From NCBI GenBank assembly GCA_020848935.1, contig JADLHF010000191.1, forward strand, positions 12,082 through 76,081: 64,000 nucleotides of DNA. Direction: 5' to 3'. Below are positions 1-8,319 of the stretch, piece after piece. The notes beneath the pieces were generated by a model. That model was given only the letters and a program-made list of their open reading frames with translations, was not told the origin of the DNA and did no database searches. Each line of letters begins with the position of its first letter. Positions within the stretch are counted from its first letter, which is position 1. Position numbers and translations under genes: made by a program. This stretch comes from Acetobacteraceae bacterium (lineage in GTDB: Bacteria > Pseudomonadota > Alphaproteobacteria > Acetobacterales > Acetobacteraceae).

Positions 1-587
1 AGCAGCAGCCGCTCCACCGGCACGGCCAGCCCCAGCCCGGTGCCCCGCCAGGCCAGCGCCAGCGCGATGCACACCACCACGGGATTGCGCACCAGCCCCG
101 GCATGGTGGCGCGCAGCACGCCCAGCGGCGAGCGGCCATGCCCGGAATCCGCCTCGATCAGGATGGTCGCCAGCGGCAGCAGCAGGCCGGAATGGAAGGC
201 GACGACGGCCAGCAGGTAGGCCACGCCCTCGGCGCCGAAGGTGCTGTCGATGATCGGCACGCCCAGCATCACGGTGTTGCCGAACACCGCATTCAGCGCG
301 AACATCGCCGATGTCGCCAGCCGGGCGCGGAACAAGGTACGCGACAGCAGCACCGCCACCAGGAACAGCACGAAGGCCCCGGCGATGAACGAGCCCGCGA
401 CATCGACCAGCCGCAGCGGCGGGGCGGTGACCATGGAGCGGAACAGCAGGCTGGGCATGGCGAGGTAGAAGACGAAATCGTTCATCCCCGACACCGCGGC
501 CTTGTCCAGCAGCCGCAGCCGCACCGCGCCGGCGCCCATCAGGATCAGCGTGAAGACCGGTGCGACGATGCCGAACAGGGTGCCCAC
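1..587 (-). CDS. AEC (auxin efflux carrier) family transporter, N-terminal part; the 3' end lies beyond the left window edge
   Basis: Manual minus-strand translation from GTG at 585-587 gives VGTLFGIVAPVFTLILMGAGAVRLRLLDKAAVSGMNDFVFYLAMPSLLF...NAVFGNTVMLGVPI, a typical AEC permease N-terminus. GC3 is high. It is absent from the ORF track because it runs off the edge. Confidence 0.7.
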   Translation of the reverse strand, partial: MGTLFGIVAPVFTLILMGAGAVRLRLLDKAAVSGMNDFVFYLAMPSLLFRSMVTAPPLRLVDVAGSFIAGAFVLFLVAVLLSRTLFRARLATSAMFALNAVFGNTVMLGVPIIDSTFGAEGVAYLLAVVAFHSGLLLPLATILIEADSGHGRSPLGVLRATMPGLVRNPVVVCIALALAWRGTGLGLAVPVERLL

Positions 588-590
588 GGC

Positions 591-1445
591 TCAGCCCGGC
601 GCCGCCGGCGACAGCGCCCAGTTGTCGGCGCGGAACCAGGCCTCGGCGGGGCGGGACGGCGCCAGGTGCAGGCTGCGCACCGCCTCCGTGCCACCTCGCG
701 CGAAGGCGGCATCCAGCCGGGCGCGGTGGGCGGCGTCCCCGGCCAGGCGGCCGGCGGCACCGATGAATCCGCAGGGCGTGACGAACCGCGCCGCAAACCC
801 CGCCGCCAGCCGTTCCACCCGCAGCACCGCGCCGCCGCCGGTGCCCAGCGGCAGCACCGCCGTGCCGCCGGCGCGCAGCCGGGTGAACCAGGACGGCGGC
901 GGGTCGGCGACGGCGAAGTTCACGTAGATGCGGTCCACCTCGCCCGCCGGGAAATCCGCCGCATCGCCCTGCACCAGCGTGGCCCACGGCCAGGGCGCCA
1001 GGTTGCGCCGCGCCTGCTCGGCCAGGTGATCGACGAACTCCACCGCCGTCACCTGCCCCGCCGGGCCGACCAGCTCGGCCAGGATCGCGCTGTAGTAGCC
1101 GGTGCCGGCGCCGAGATGCAGCACCCGATCGCCCGGCCGCACCGCCAGGGCGTGGAGCATGAGCGCATGCAGCGATGGCGAGCCGTTGTTGATGCCGCGC
1201 GCGGCGTCAAGCACCACCAGCAGTTCCGGCTCTGCCGCCTGCGGATACAGCGCCATCGGGTCGTTGTGCGCCAGCACCTCGCGCCCGCCGGGACTGTGCA
1301 GCAGGATCCAGGGCCCCGGCGGCATGAACGCCTCGCGCGGCACGGTGGCGAAGGCCGCTTCCAGCGCCGGGGCGGGCACGCCCAGCGGGGCCACCATCGC
1401 CCGCGCGTAGCCGCGCCGCGCCGCGTCCAGCCTGTTCCCGCTCAT
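591..1445 (-). CDS. Protein-L-isoaspartate O-methyltransferase family (SAM-dependent methyltransferase)
   Basis: The 284-aa ORF carries the SAM-binding motif VLHLGAGTGYYSAILAELVG and an ..AFATVPREAFMP.. N-terminal region typical of PCMT-like proteins. Confidence 0.8.
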   Translation of the reverse strand: MSGNRLDAARRGYARAMVAPLGVPAPALEAAFATVPREAFMPPGPWILLHSPGGREVLAHNDPMALYPQAAEPELLVVLDAARGINNGSPSLHALMLHALAVRPGDRVLHLGAGTGYYSAILAELVGPAGQVTAVEFVDHLAEQARRNLAPWPWATLVQGDAADFPAGEVDRIYVNFAVADPPPSWFTRLRAGGTAVLPLGTGGGAVLRVERLAAGFAARFVTPCGFIGAAGRLAGDAAHRARLDAAFARGGTEAVRSLHLAPSRPAEAWFRADNWALSPAAPG

Positions 1446-2161
1446 GGCTGGCGCAGTCCCGCCAGGAAATCATCCAGCCCCGCCAGCCGCGCCCGCGCCA
1501 GGCGCTGCGCCGCCACCACGGCGCGCACGGCGGCGACGGTGGCCTCGAAGTCGTCGTTGACCACCACGTGGTCGAACTCGCCGGCATGGGACATTTCGCT
1601 GTCGGCCTGGGCCATGCGCCCGGCGATCGCTTGGGGCGGGTCGCCGCGCGCCACCAGCCGCGCCAGCAGGGCCGCGCGCGACGGCGGCAGGATGAACAGC
1701 CCCACCACCCGGCCCGGCAACGCGGCACGCACCTGGCGGTGGCCCTGCCAGTCGATGTCGAACACCACGTCGTGGCCCTCCGCCAGCCACGCCTCCACCG
1801 GTGCGCGCGGGCTGCCGTAGCTGCGGGCGAACACGCCGGCATGTTCCAGGAAGCCGCCCGCCGCCACGGTGGCGTCGAAGGTCGCCTGGTCGGCGAAATG
1901 GTAGTGCACGCCATCGGCCTCGCCCGGCCGCAGCGCCCGCGTGGTCATGCTGACCGACAGCCGCAGCGCCGGCTCCTGCGCCAGCAGCGCGCGCGTGATC
2001 GAGGTCTTGCCGGCGCCCGACGGGGCGGCAATCACCAGGCAGAAGGCATCGCGCTGGATTGCCCCGCTCACTCCACGTTGATCTGCTCCGCTCACTCCAC
2101 GTTGATCTGCTCCGCTCACTTCACGTTGATCTGCTCCGCTCACTTCACGTTCGACCACCAT
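1442..2161 (-). CDS. gmk: Guanylate kinase with a repeat-encoded N-terminal extension
   Basis: P-loop IAAPSGAGKTS, then ..SVSMTTRALRPGEADGVHYHF.. and ..YGSP... An ATG at 2159-2161 lies 2 nt after the yicC stop. The first ~30 codons are 24-bp tandem repeats, so an internal GTG start nearer the P-loop is possible. Confidence 0.85.
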   Translation of the reverse strand: MVVEREVSGADQREVSGADQRGVSGADQRGVSGAIQRDAFCLVIAAPSGAGKTSITRALLAQEPALRLSVSMTTRALRPGEADGVHYHFADQATFDATVAAGGFLEHAGVFARSYGSPRAPVEAWLAEGHDVVFDIDWQGHRQVRAALPGRVVGLFILPPSRAALLARLVARGDPPQAIAGRMAQADSEMSHAGEFDHVVVNDDFEATVAAVRAVVAAQRLARARLAGLDDFLAGLRQP

Positions 2162-2175
2162 GCTCACTCCACGTT
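2066..2175. repeat. 24-bp tandem repeat (about 4.5 copies) at the yicC/gmk junction
   Basis: GCTCAC(T/C)TCCACGTTGATCTGCTCC is repeated head to tail. The last partial copy contains the yicC stop and final codons (..NVE*). In the gmk frame the repeat reads (R)EVSGADQ four times. Confidence 0.9.
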
Positions 2176-3057
2176 CTGCACCTGCTCGCGCAGCTGCTCG
2201 ATCGCCGCCTTCAGCTTCAGCCCGGTGGAAGTCAGCGCCACGCTGGCGCTCTTGGAGCACAGCGTGTTGGCCTCGCGGTTGAACTCCTGCACCAGGAAGT
2301 CGAAGCGCCGGCCGATCGCCGTGCCCACGGCCAGCAGCGCATGGGCGGCGTGCAGGTGGGCGTCCAGCCGGTCCAACTCCTCACGCACGTCGGACTTGGC
2401 GGCCAGGATCGCCACCTCCTGGGCGATGCGGTCCTCGGGCAGCGCCGGCGTCTCGGCAAGCAGCGCGCGCACCGCGTCCAGCATCCGCGCACGCTGCGCC
2501 GCCGGCTGGTCCGCCGCCTCGGCCGCGGCCTGCCGGCAAAGCGTCGTGATGTCAGCCAGCATCCCGGCCAACAACCCGGCCAGCCGCGTGCCCTCGCCGC
2601 GCCGCGCCGTCACCAGGGCATCCAGCGCCTCGGCGAAACCGGCGCGCACCGCCTCGATCTGGGCGGCGGGCACCTCCTCGCGCACCTCGGCACCGGCGCG
2701 CAGCACGCCGGGCAGCGCCAGCAACGCCTCGGCGCGCGGCGGCGGGGCACCCGGGATGCGCGCCGCCAGTGCCATGGCCAGCGCCACCACCTGTTCCAGC
2801 GCCGCCGGGTCGGGCGCCAGGCGCGACGCCTCCTCCCGGCGGATGGTCAGGTTGGCGGTGACGTTGCCGCGCTTGAGCTGGCGCCCCGCGAGTTCGCGCA
2901 ACACCGGCTCCAGCGCGTCGAACCCGCCGGGCAGGCGGAAGCGCAACTCCAGCCCGCGGCCGTTCACGCTGCGCAACTCCCACGCCCAGCTCCAGGCAAC
3001 CGGCCCGGTGCCGGCGCCCTCGCTGCGGGCAAACCCGGTCATGGAGGCGAGAGTCAT
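2164..3057 (-). CDS. yicC: YicC/YloC family stress-induced endoribonuclease-like protein
   Basis: N-terminus MTLASMTGFARSEG and C-terminus FDFLVQEFNREANTLCSKS...IEQLREQVQNVE are YicC hallmarks. I take the ATG at 3055-3057, because the upstream part of the track ORF is translated repeat sequence. Confidence 0.85.
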   Translation of the reverse strand: MTLASMTGFARSEGAGTGPVAWSWAWELRSVNGRGLELRFRLPGGFDALEPVLRELAGRQLKRGNVTANLTIRREEASRLAPDPAALEQVVALAMALAARIPGAPPPRAEALLALPGVLRAGAEVREEVPAAQIEAVRAGFAEALDALVTARRGEGTRLAGLLAGMLADITTLCRQAAAEAADQPAAQRARMLDAVRALLAETPALPEDRIAQEVAILAAKSDVREELDRLDAHLHAAHALLAVGTAIGRRFDFLVQEFNREANTLCSKSASVALTSTGLKLKAAIEQLREQVQNVE

Positions 3058-3117
3058 CTTGCAGTCCCCGATGCGGCGCGACGTTGTAGCAGCGCCGCGC
3101 GGTGGTCCCAACACGAC

Positions 3118-3258
3118 GCAAGAAAGAATGTTCTTTTTTATAAAAAAGAACCAAAAAACTTTCATTCATTGATCGCGAGGCGGGCAGCGTGCGACCTCAT
3201 GAAACATGAGTGAAGTCTTTTTGCTTCTTTTTCTTCAGAAAAAGAAGGCCTTCCTTCC
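3118..3258 (-). repeat. AT-rich double-hairpin intergenic element, copy 1 (GTTC unit on the left, CTTCAG unit on the right)
   Basis: Left unit GCAAGAAAGAATG-GTTCTTTTTTATAAAAAAGAAC-CAAAAAACTTTCATTCATT, a variable centre, then right unit GTCTTTTTG-CTTCTTTTTCTTCAGAAAAAGAAG-GCCTTCCTTCC. It lies between the yicC start and the M20 peptidase stop. Confidence 0.9.
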
Positions 3259-3279
3259 CTTTTTCAACACCCGCACACC

Positions 3280-4380
3280 CTATATCCCGCGCGCCACCCG
3301 CTCCGCCAGCCGCATGAATTGCGGCACCGCCGCTTCCAGTTCCGCCAGCGCCAGGCTTTCGGCCGGGCAGTGTGCCTGGCCGATATCGCCGGGCCCGACG
3401 ATCACGCACGGCGCCAGGGCGCTCAGTTCCGAGGCATCGGTGCCGAACGGCGCGGTGATCGCCGGCTTGCCGGTTTCACCGCTGACCAGGCGGATCAGCG
3501 GGTGGTTGCTCGGCAGTTCCGGCGGCAAGCCTTCCGGCACCGCCGCCAGCGCCAGGCCGTGGCGGGCGGCGGAGGCGCGCACCCGGGCCATCACCGGCGC
3601 GGGGTCGATCCTGGCGGAATAGCGGAATTTCACCCGTGCCGTCGCCTTAGGCACGGTCATGTTCACCGGCGCGCCGTGGTTGTCGATGGTCAGGTTGAAG
3701 TCGCTGAACACCGGGTCGTAGGCGCTGTCGTGCCAGGCGGGATCGTCGCGCAGCATCTCGAAAATCGCCTTCATGTCGGCCGCGAAGCCGATCAGGTCCC
3801 AGTTGGCGTTGCGCCCCTTTCCGGTGGAGCTGTGCGCCTGCACCCCGGTGGCCACCGCGGTGATGGCGATGGAGCTGCGATGGCCGCGCACCGGGGTCAT
3901 CACCGTGGGCTCGGCCACCAGGATGGCGGCGGGGGCGGCGCGGCGGGCGAGCTGCGATTGCGCGGCGATCAGCCGGGCGCCGGCCTTGGTGGTTTCCTCG
4001 TCGGTGGTGATCAGCAGGGTCACCGGCACCGCCACGGCCCGCGCGGCCAGGATGCAGGCGGCCAGCGGACCCTTCATGTCGGTGCTGCCCAGCCCGTGCA
4101 GCCGCCCGTCGGCGATGCGCCCGTCCCAGGGATCGGTGGTCCAGCCGGTGTCCGGCACCGTGTCCATGTGGCCGCTGAACGCCAGCCCACCGGCGGCGCC
4201 GCGATGCGCCACCAGCGCCCGCTTGGCCACCCCGGCGGCGTCGGTGTAGTCCAGCCGCTCCACCTCGAAGCCGTCCAGCTCGCGCTCGATGCGGTCAGCC
4301 ACAGCGAGGTTGGAGACGAAGCTGCGGCTGTCGATGCGCACCAGGTCGGCGGCCAGCTGGACCACTTCGGCATGCGGCAT
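3280..4380 (-). CDS. M20 family metallopeptidase (ArgE/DapE-like deacylase)
   Basis: The C-terminal 366 aa of track ORF 3280..5619 begin at MPHAEVVQLAADLVRIDS. Motifs include GHMDTVP, GLGSTDMKG and TTDEE. The upstream part of the ORF is Ala/Gly/Arg junk overlapping the next gene. Confidence 0.8.
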   Translation of the reverse strand: MPHAEVVQLAADLVRIDSRSFVSNLAVADRIERELDGFEVERLDYTDAAGVAKRALVAHRGAAGGLAFSGHMDTVPDTGWTTDPWDGRIADGRLHGLGSTDMKGPLAACILAARAVAVPVTLLITTDEETTKAGARLIAAQSQLARRAAPAAILVAEPTVMTPVRGHRSSIAITAVATGVQAHSSTGKGRNANWDLIGFAADMKAIFEMLRDDPAWHDSAYDPVFSDFNLTIDNHGAPVNMTVPKATARVKFRYSARIDPAPVMARVRASAARHGLALAAVPEGLPPELPSNHPLIRLVSGETGKPAITAPFGTDASELSALAPCVIVGPGDIGQAHCPAESLALAELEAAVPQFMRLAERVARGI

Positions 4381-4403
4381 GTCACTCTCCCGGCGTTTGG
4401 CGC

Positions 4404-5543
4404 TCAGCCTCGCCGATCGCGGGCGCCAAGGCCAGGGCGCAGCGCCAGCGCCGCCGCCAGGGCCAGCGCCGCGTCGGTGGCATCGGCCGACCGGCCGGGC
4501 AGGCGGGTCTGCACCAGGCCGATCGCCAGCGCCAGCGCCACCACGGCCGCCGCGGCCGGCCGGAACCGCAACCCGGCGCGCACCGCCTGCCACAGCAGCC
4601 CGCCATACAGGAACACCTTCAGCAATGCCGCCTGCAGCCCCGCGGCATTCTCCCCGCCCAGCAGCGCGCCGAAGGGCAGCCAGCCGAACGGCCGCGCCCA
4701 GGGCAACAGGCGATAGGGTGCCAGCCCCTCGGCCAGCACCACCGCCAGCATCACCACCAGCAGCACAGGATCGACATGGCGCCACCCGCGCAGCAGCGCC
4801 CAGGCCGGCAGCGCCAGCAGCACCGCCAGCACCTCCGCCGGGGTCAGTACCCGCCCAATGATCGGCACCGCGGCGGCCAGCGTGCCCAGCATCATCGCCG
4901 CCGCCAACCCCGGGCGGCCCGGTGCTGCGGCCGCCAGCAGCCGGGCGGCCACCAGCCAGGCCCCGGCCAGGCGCAGCACCCGCACGGGATCGGCCAGCCA
5001 TGGCCCTTGCAGCGGCCGCAGACTGGCCAGCCACGCGCCCCGGTCGGTGGCGGGCAGATAGGGATACAGCCGATAGCCCAGCCACCCCGCCAGCAGCAGT
5101 GCGGCACCAAGGTCGCGCGGCGCGGGCAGCCGCCGCCGGCCGGGGCGCAGCACCACCCAGGCCAGCGCCCCCGCGCCGCCGCCGGCGGTGTTCAGCGCCA
5201 GGTCCCAGATACTGGCCACCCGCCCGGGGATATAAAGCTGCGCCGTCTCCATCGCCGCCGACAGCGCCGCGCACAGCAGGATGCCGCGCGGCAGGGCCAG
5301 CCAAGCCGCCCCTCGCCCGGCCGCCGCCAGCGCCAGGCCCAGCGGCATGTACAGCGCCAGGTTGGCCAGCAGGTCGCCGCGCCCCCCCTGCGGCGCCGCC
5401 AGCGCCATCCGCCATGCCTGCGCCAGCGTCACGCCCGGCGGCAGCGCCTGGACATGGAACGGGTACAGCGAGCCATAGGCGATGAACGCCGCCATCAGCC
5501 CGGCCAGCACCCAAGCCTGATGCGCCGCCCCGTCCCGCGCCAT
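4404..5543 (-). CDS. VanZ-like family integral membrane protein
   Basis: YGSLYPF...RGDLLANLALYMPLG...ETAQLYIPGRVASIWDLALNTAGGGAGA matches the VanZ-like pattern, followed by further hydrophobic segments. The start is uncertain: ATG at 5543, with alternatives at 5576 and 5624. Confidence 0.6.
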   Translation of the reverse strand: MARDGAAHQAWVLAGLMAAFIAYGSLYPFHVQALPPGVTLAQAWRMALAAPQGGRGDLLANLALYMPLGLALAAAGRGAAWLALPRGILLCAALSAAMETAQLYIPGRVASIWDLALNTAGGGAGALAWVVLRPGRRRLPAPRDLGAALLLAGWLGYRLYPYLPATDRGAWLASLRPLQGPWLADPVRVLRLAGAWLVAARLLAAAAPGRPGLAAAMMLGTLAAAVPIIGRVLTPAEVLAVLLALPAWALLRGWRHVDPVLLVVMLAVVLAEGLAPYRLLPWARPFGWLPFGALLGGENAAGLQAALLKVFLYGGLLWQAVRAGLRFRPAAAAVVALALAIGLVQTRLPGRSADATDAALALAAALALRPGLGARDRRG

Positions 5544-5617
5544 CCCATCCCTTTCCGCTCGGACAAGGTTGACCATTGCCCGCCCCTTGGCCAGCCTCCC
5601 GCCAACAGGAGGCCCGC

Positions 5618-6751
5618 ATGACACCTGCCTATCTCGACCCGCGCTCCGGCGAGACCTTCGCGCTGGACCAGCCGCGCTGGTGCGGCAGCAATCACGCGCC
5701 CCTGTTCCTGACCGATCTGCCCGGGATGCGCCGGGATGCGATCGACACCGCCACCCGCAGCCTGTGGCGCTATCGTGCCGCCCTGCCGATGCGGGCCGCC
5801 GAGCCGATCACCATGGGCGAAGGCTGCACCCCGCTGGTGCCGCGCTCGCTGCATGGCGCGACTGCCCTGCTGAAGCTGGAATGGTTCATGCCCACCGGCA
5901 GCTTCAAGGACCGTGGCGCCAGCGTGATGCTGTCCTTCCTGCGCCAGCAGGGGATTTCCCACGTGCTGGAGGACAGCTCCGGCAATGGCGGCGCCGCCGT
6001 CGCGGCCTATGCGGCGGCCGGCGGCATGACCGCCACCATCATGGCGCCGGACAGCACCTCGCCGGCCAAGACGGTGGCGATGCGCGCCGCCGGCGCCACC
6101 GTCGAGCTGATCCCCGGCAACCGCCAGGCCACCTCGGACGCCGCCGAGGCACGCGCCGCCACCACCTTCTACGCCAGCCATAACTGGCACCCGTTCTTCC
6201 TGCACGGGACCAAGACGCTGGCCTATGAGCTGTGGGAGGATCTGGGCTTCCAGGCGCCCGACAACATCATCATCCCCTGCGGCGCCGGCTCGAACGTGCT
6301 CGGCTGCGACATCGGATTCTCCGAACTGCTGCGTGCCGGCGCAATCACCCGGCTGCCCCGCCTGTTCGCCGCCCAGCCGGAGAATTGCGGCCCGATCGCC
6401 GCCAGCTTCATCGCCGGGCAGGACCACCGCGTCGCCACCCCGATCCTGCCCACCATCGCCGAAGGCACCGCCATCGCCCAGCCGATCCGCCTGCCGGAAG
6501 TCATCGCCGCCCTGCGCCGCAGCCGCGGCGGCGCGGTGTTGCTGACCGAGGCTGAGATTGCCGCCAGCGCCCTGTCGCTGGCCCGCGCCGGCATCCATGT
6601 CGAGCCGACCAGCGCCCAGGCCGAGGCGGCCTTCCGCCGGCTGCTGGAAACCGGCGCGATCAAGCCCGGCGAGACCACCGTGCTGGTGCTGACCGGCACC
6701 GGGCTGAAGGCCACGCCGCGCATCGCCGAACTGCTGGGGATCGAACTGTGA
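5618..6751 (+). CDS. Threonine synthase-like PLP-dependent enzyme (Trp-synthase beta fold)
   Basis: LKLEWFMPTGSFKDRGASV contains the PLP-lysine motif, followed by SSGNGGAAVAAYAA. I start at MTPAYLDP. The stop overlaps the next gene's start (GTGATG). Confidence 0.75.
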   Translation: MTPAYLDPRSGETFALDQPRWCGSNHAPLFLTDLPGMRRDAIDTATRSLWRYRAALPMRAAEPITMGEGCTPLVPRSLHGATALLKLEWFMPTGSFKDRGASVMLSFLRQQGISHVLEDSSGNGGAAVAAYAAAGGMTATIMAPDSTSPAKTVAMRAAGATVELIPGNRQATSDAAEARAATTFYASHNWHPFFLHGTKTLAYELWEDLGFQAPDNIIIPCGAGSNVLGCDIGFSELLRAGAITRLPRLFAAQPENCGPIAASFIAGQDHRVATPILPTIAEGTAIAQPIRLPEVIAALRRSRGGAVLLTEAEIAASALSLARAGIHVEPTSAQAEAAFRRLLETGAIKPGETTVLVLTGTGLKATPRIAELLGIEL

Positions 6752-8319
6752 TGAACGACGACAAGCACCACGCCGCGCGCACGACCAATCGGCCGCGCAT
6801 CGCCCTGCTCGGCTTCTCCATCGAATGCAACCGCTTCGCCCCCACCACCCACGAGCACGACTTCGCCATCCGCACCTTGATGCGCGGCGACGATATCCTG
6901 TCCGACGCTCGCGGCAAGGCGCCGCGCATGCTGGGCGAGTTGCCGGGCTTCGTCGGCGCGATGGACGGCGGCGAACCCTGGGAGCCGGTGCCGTTGCTGC
7001 TGGCGATGACCGAACCGAACGGCCCGGTGGAACAGGGCTTCTTCGACCGGATGATGGCGGAATGGGAAACCCGGCTGCGCGCCGCCGGGCCACTCGATGG
7101 TGTGTACTGCGTGATGCATGGCGCCGGCCTCACCACCGCGGACGACGACCCCGAGGGAACCATCCAGGCCATGGTGCGCCGCGTGGTCGGCCCCGACGTG
7201 CCGATCGTCGCCAGCTACGACCTGCATGCCAACATCTCGGACACCGACATCGCCACCATCGACGCGCTGATCGGCTATCGCACCAACCCGCATCTGGACA
7301 TGCGCGAACGCGGCGCGGAATCGGCCGCGGTGCTGAAACGCCTGATCGCCGGCGAGAAGACCCATATCGCCAAGGTCCGCCTGCCGGTCATCGCCCCCAC
7401 GGTGACGATGCTGACCGGCGCCGACGCCCCGAACCGGCCGTATGGCGAAATGATCGACCTGGGACAGGAACTGATGCATCAGGCGCCCTGGGCCGGGCGG
7501 GTGGTGAATGTCTCGGTGATGGGCGGCTTCGCCTATGCCGACACCACATTCAACGGCATGACCGTGGTGGTGACCGCCACCGACCGTGAAGCCGCCGAGG
7601 ATCTGGCGATGGAAATCGCCAAGGCGGGCTGGGCGCGCCGGGCGCAGTTCTTCCCCACGCTGACGCCCCTGGCCGACGCGGTGGCATTGGCAAAGGGCAC
7701 CGCGGACGCGACCATGCCAGCCTTGATCTTCGCCGACGTGGCCGACAACCCCGGCGGCGGCGGGCGCGGCAACACCATGTTCATCCTGGAGGCGTTCCAT
7801 ACCGCCGGCATCCGCAATGCCCTGGTCGGCGTGATCTACGACGCGGCATTGGCCGAGGAGGCGCACACGCTGGGCCAAGGCGCCCGCTTCACCGCCCGCT
7901 TCAATCGCAGCGTGGAGAACGCGTTTTCCAAACCCTTCGCCGCCGACGCAACCGTGACCGCGCTGCATCCCGGCCCGCTCGCCTGCCGGCGCGGCATCTT
8001 CGCCGGCGGGACCGTCGATGTCGGCCGCGCCGCCGCGCTGGACCTCGGCGGCATCACGGTGGTGGTGATCTCCCAGCGCGTGCAATGCGCCGACCCCGCC
8101 TTCTTCGAGGCGTTCGGGCTGGACATAGCCGCCGCCCGCGTGGTGGTGGTGAAGTCGCGCGGCCATTTCCGCGGCGGCTTCGACGAATTCTTCAGCCATG
8201 ACCAGGTGATCGAGGTCGATGCGCCGGGCCTGACCACGCCGATGCTGCAACATTTCGCCTGGCAGAACCTGCCGCGCCCGGCCATCCCGCTGGACCGCGA
8301 AGCGGAGTGGATGCCGTGA
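6748..8319 (+). CDS. M81 family metallopeptidase (MlrC-like)
   Basis: RIALLGFSIECNRFAP..., DGVYCVMHGAG, SYDLHANISD and IGYRTNPHLDMRERG are typical of the MlrC/DUF1485 architecture. It overlaps both neighbouring genes. Confidence 0.8.
   Translation: MMNDDKHHAARTTNRPRIALLGFSIECNRFAPTTHEHDFAIRTLMRGDDILSDARGKAPRMLGELPGFVGAMDGGEPWEPVPLLLAMTEPNGPVEQGFFDRMMAEWETRLRAAGPLDGVYCVMHGAGLTTADDDPEGTIQAMVRRVVGPDVPIVASYDLHANISDTDIATIDALIGYRTNPHLDMRERGAESAAVLKRLIAGEKTHIAKVRLPVIAPTVTMLTGADAPNRPYGEMIDLGQELMHQAPWAGRVVNVSVMGGFAYADTTFNGMTVVVTATDREAAEDLAMEIAKAGWARRAQFFPTLTPLADAVALAKGTADATMPALIFADVADNPGGGGRGNTMFILEAFHTAGIRNALVGVIYDAALAEEAHTLGQGARFTARFNRSVENAFSKPFAADATVTALHPGPLACRRGIFAGGTVDVGRAAALDLGGITVVVISQRVQCADPAFFEAFGLDIAAARVVVVKSRGHFRGGFDEFFSHDQVIEVDAPGLTTPMLQHFAWQNLPRPAIPLDREAEWMP

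Noticed and set aside
138-1820. A 560-aa plus-strand ORF, together with many similar long ORFs in the track (for example 5495..7093 -, 6223..8253 -, 14678..17041 +, 18967..22389 +, 25481..27361 -, 27452..29515 -, 30329..32074 +, 53083..55117 +).
   Set aside because: Their translations are extreme Arg/Gly/Pro/His/Ala low-complexity sequence with no recognisable motifs. Each lies antisense to, or out of frame with, a gene that has clear family signatures. These are shadow ORFs expected in stop-codon-poor GC-rich DNA.
4381-5619. N-terminal extensions that fuse neighbouring regions into very long ORFs (3280..5619, 42075..46448, 13767..15344, 43134..46538, 36618..38129).
   Set aside because: Only the distal parts carry family motifs and sensible starts (MPHAEV.., MNDVPSD.., MKFFVDTAD.., MPRIARPD.., MAASYEL..). 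The upstream parts are low-complexity and overlap well-supported genes on the other strand or in another frame.
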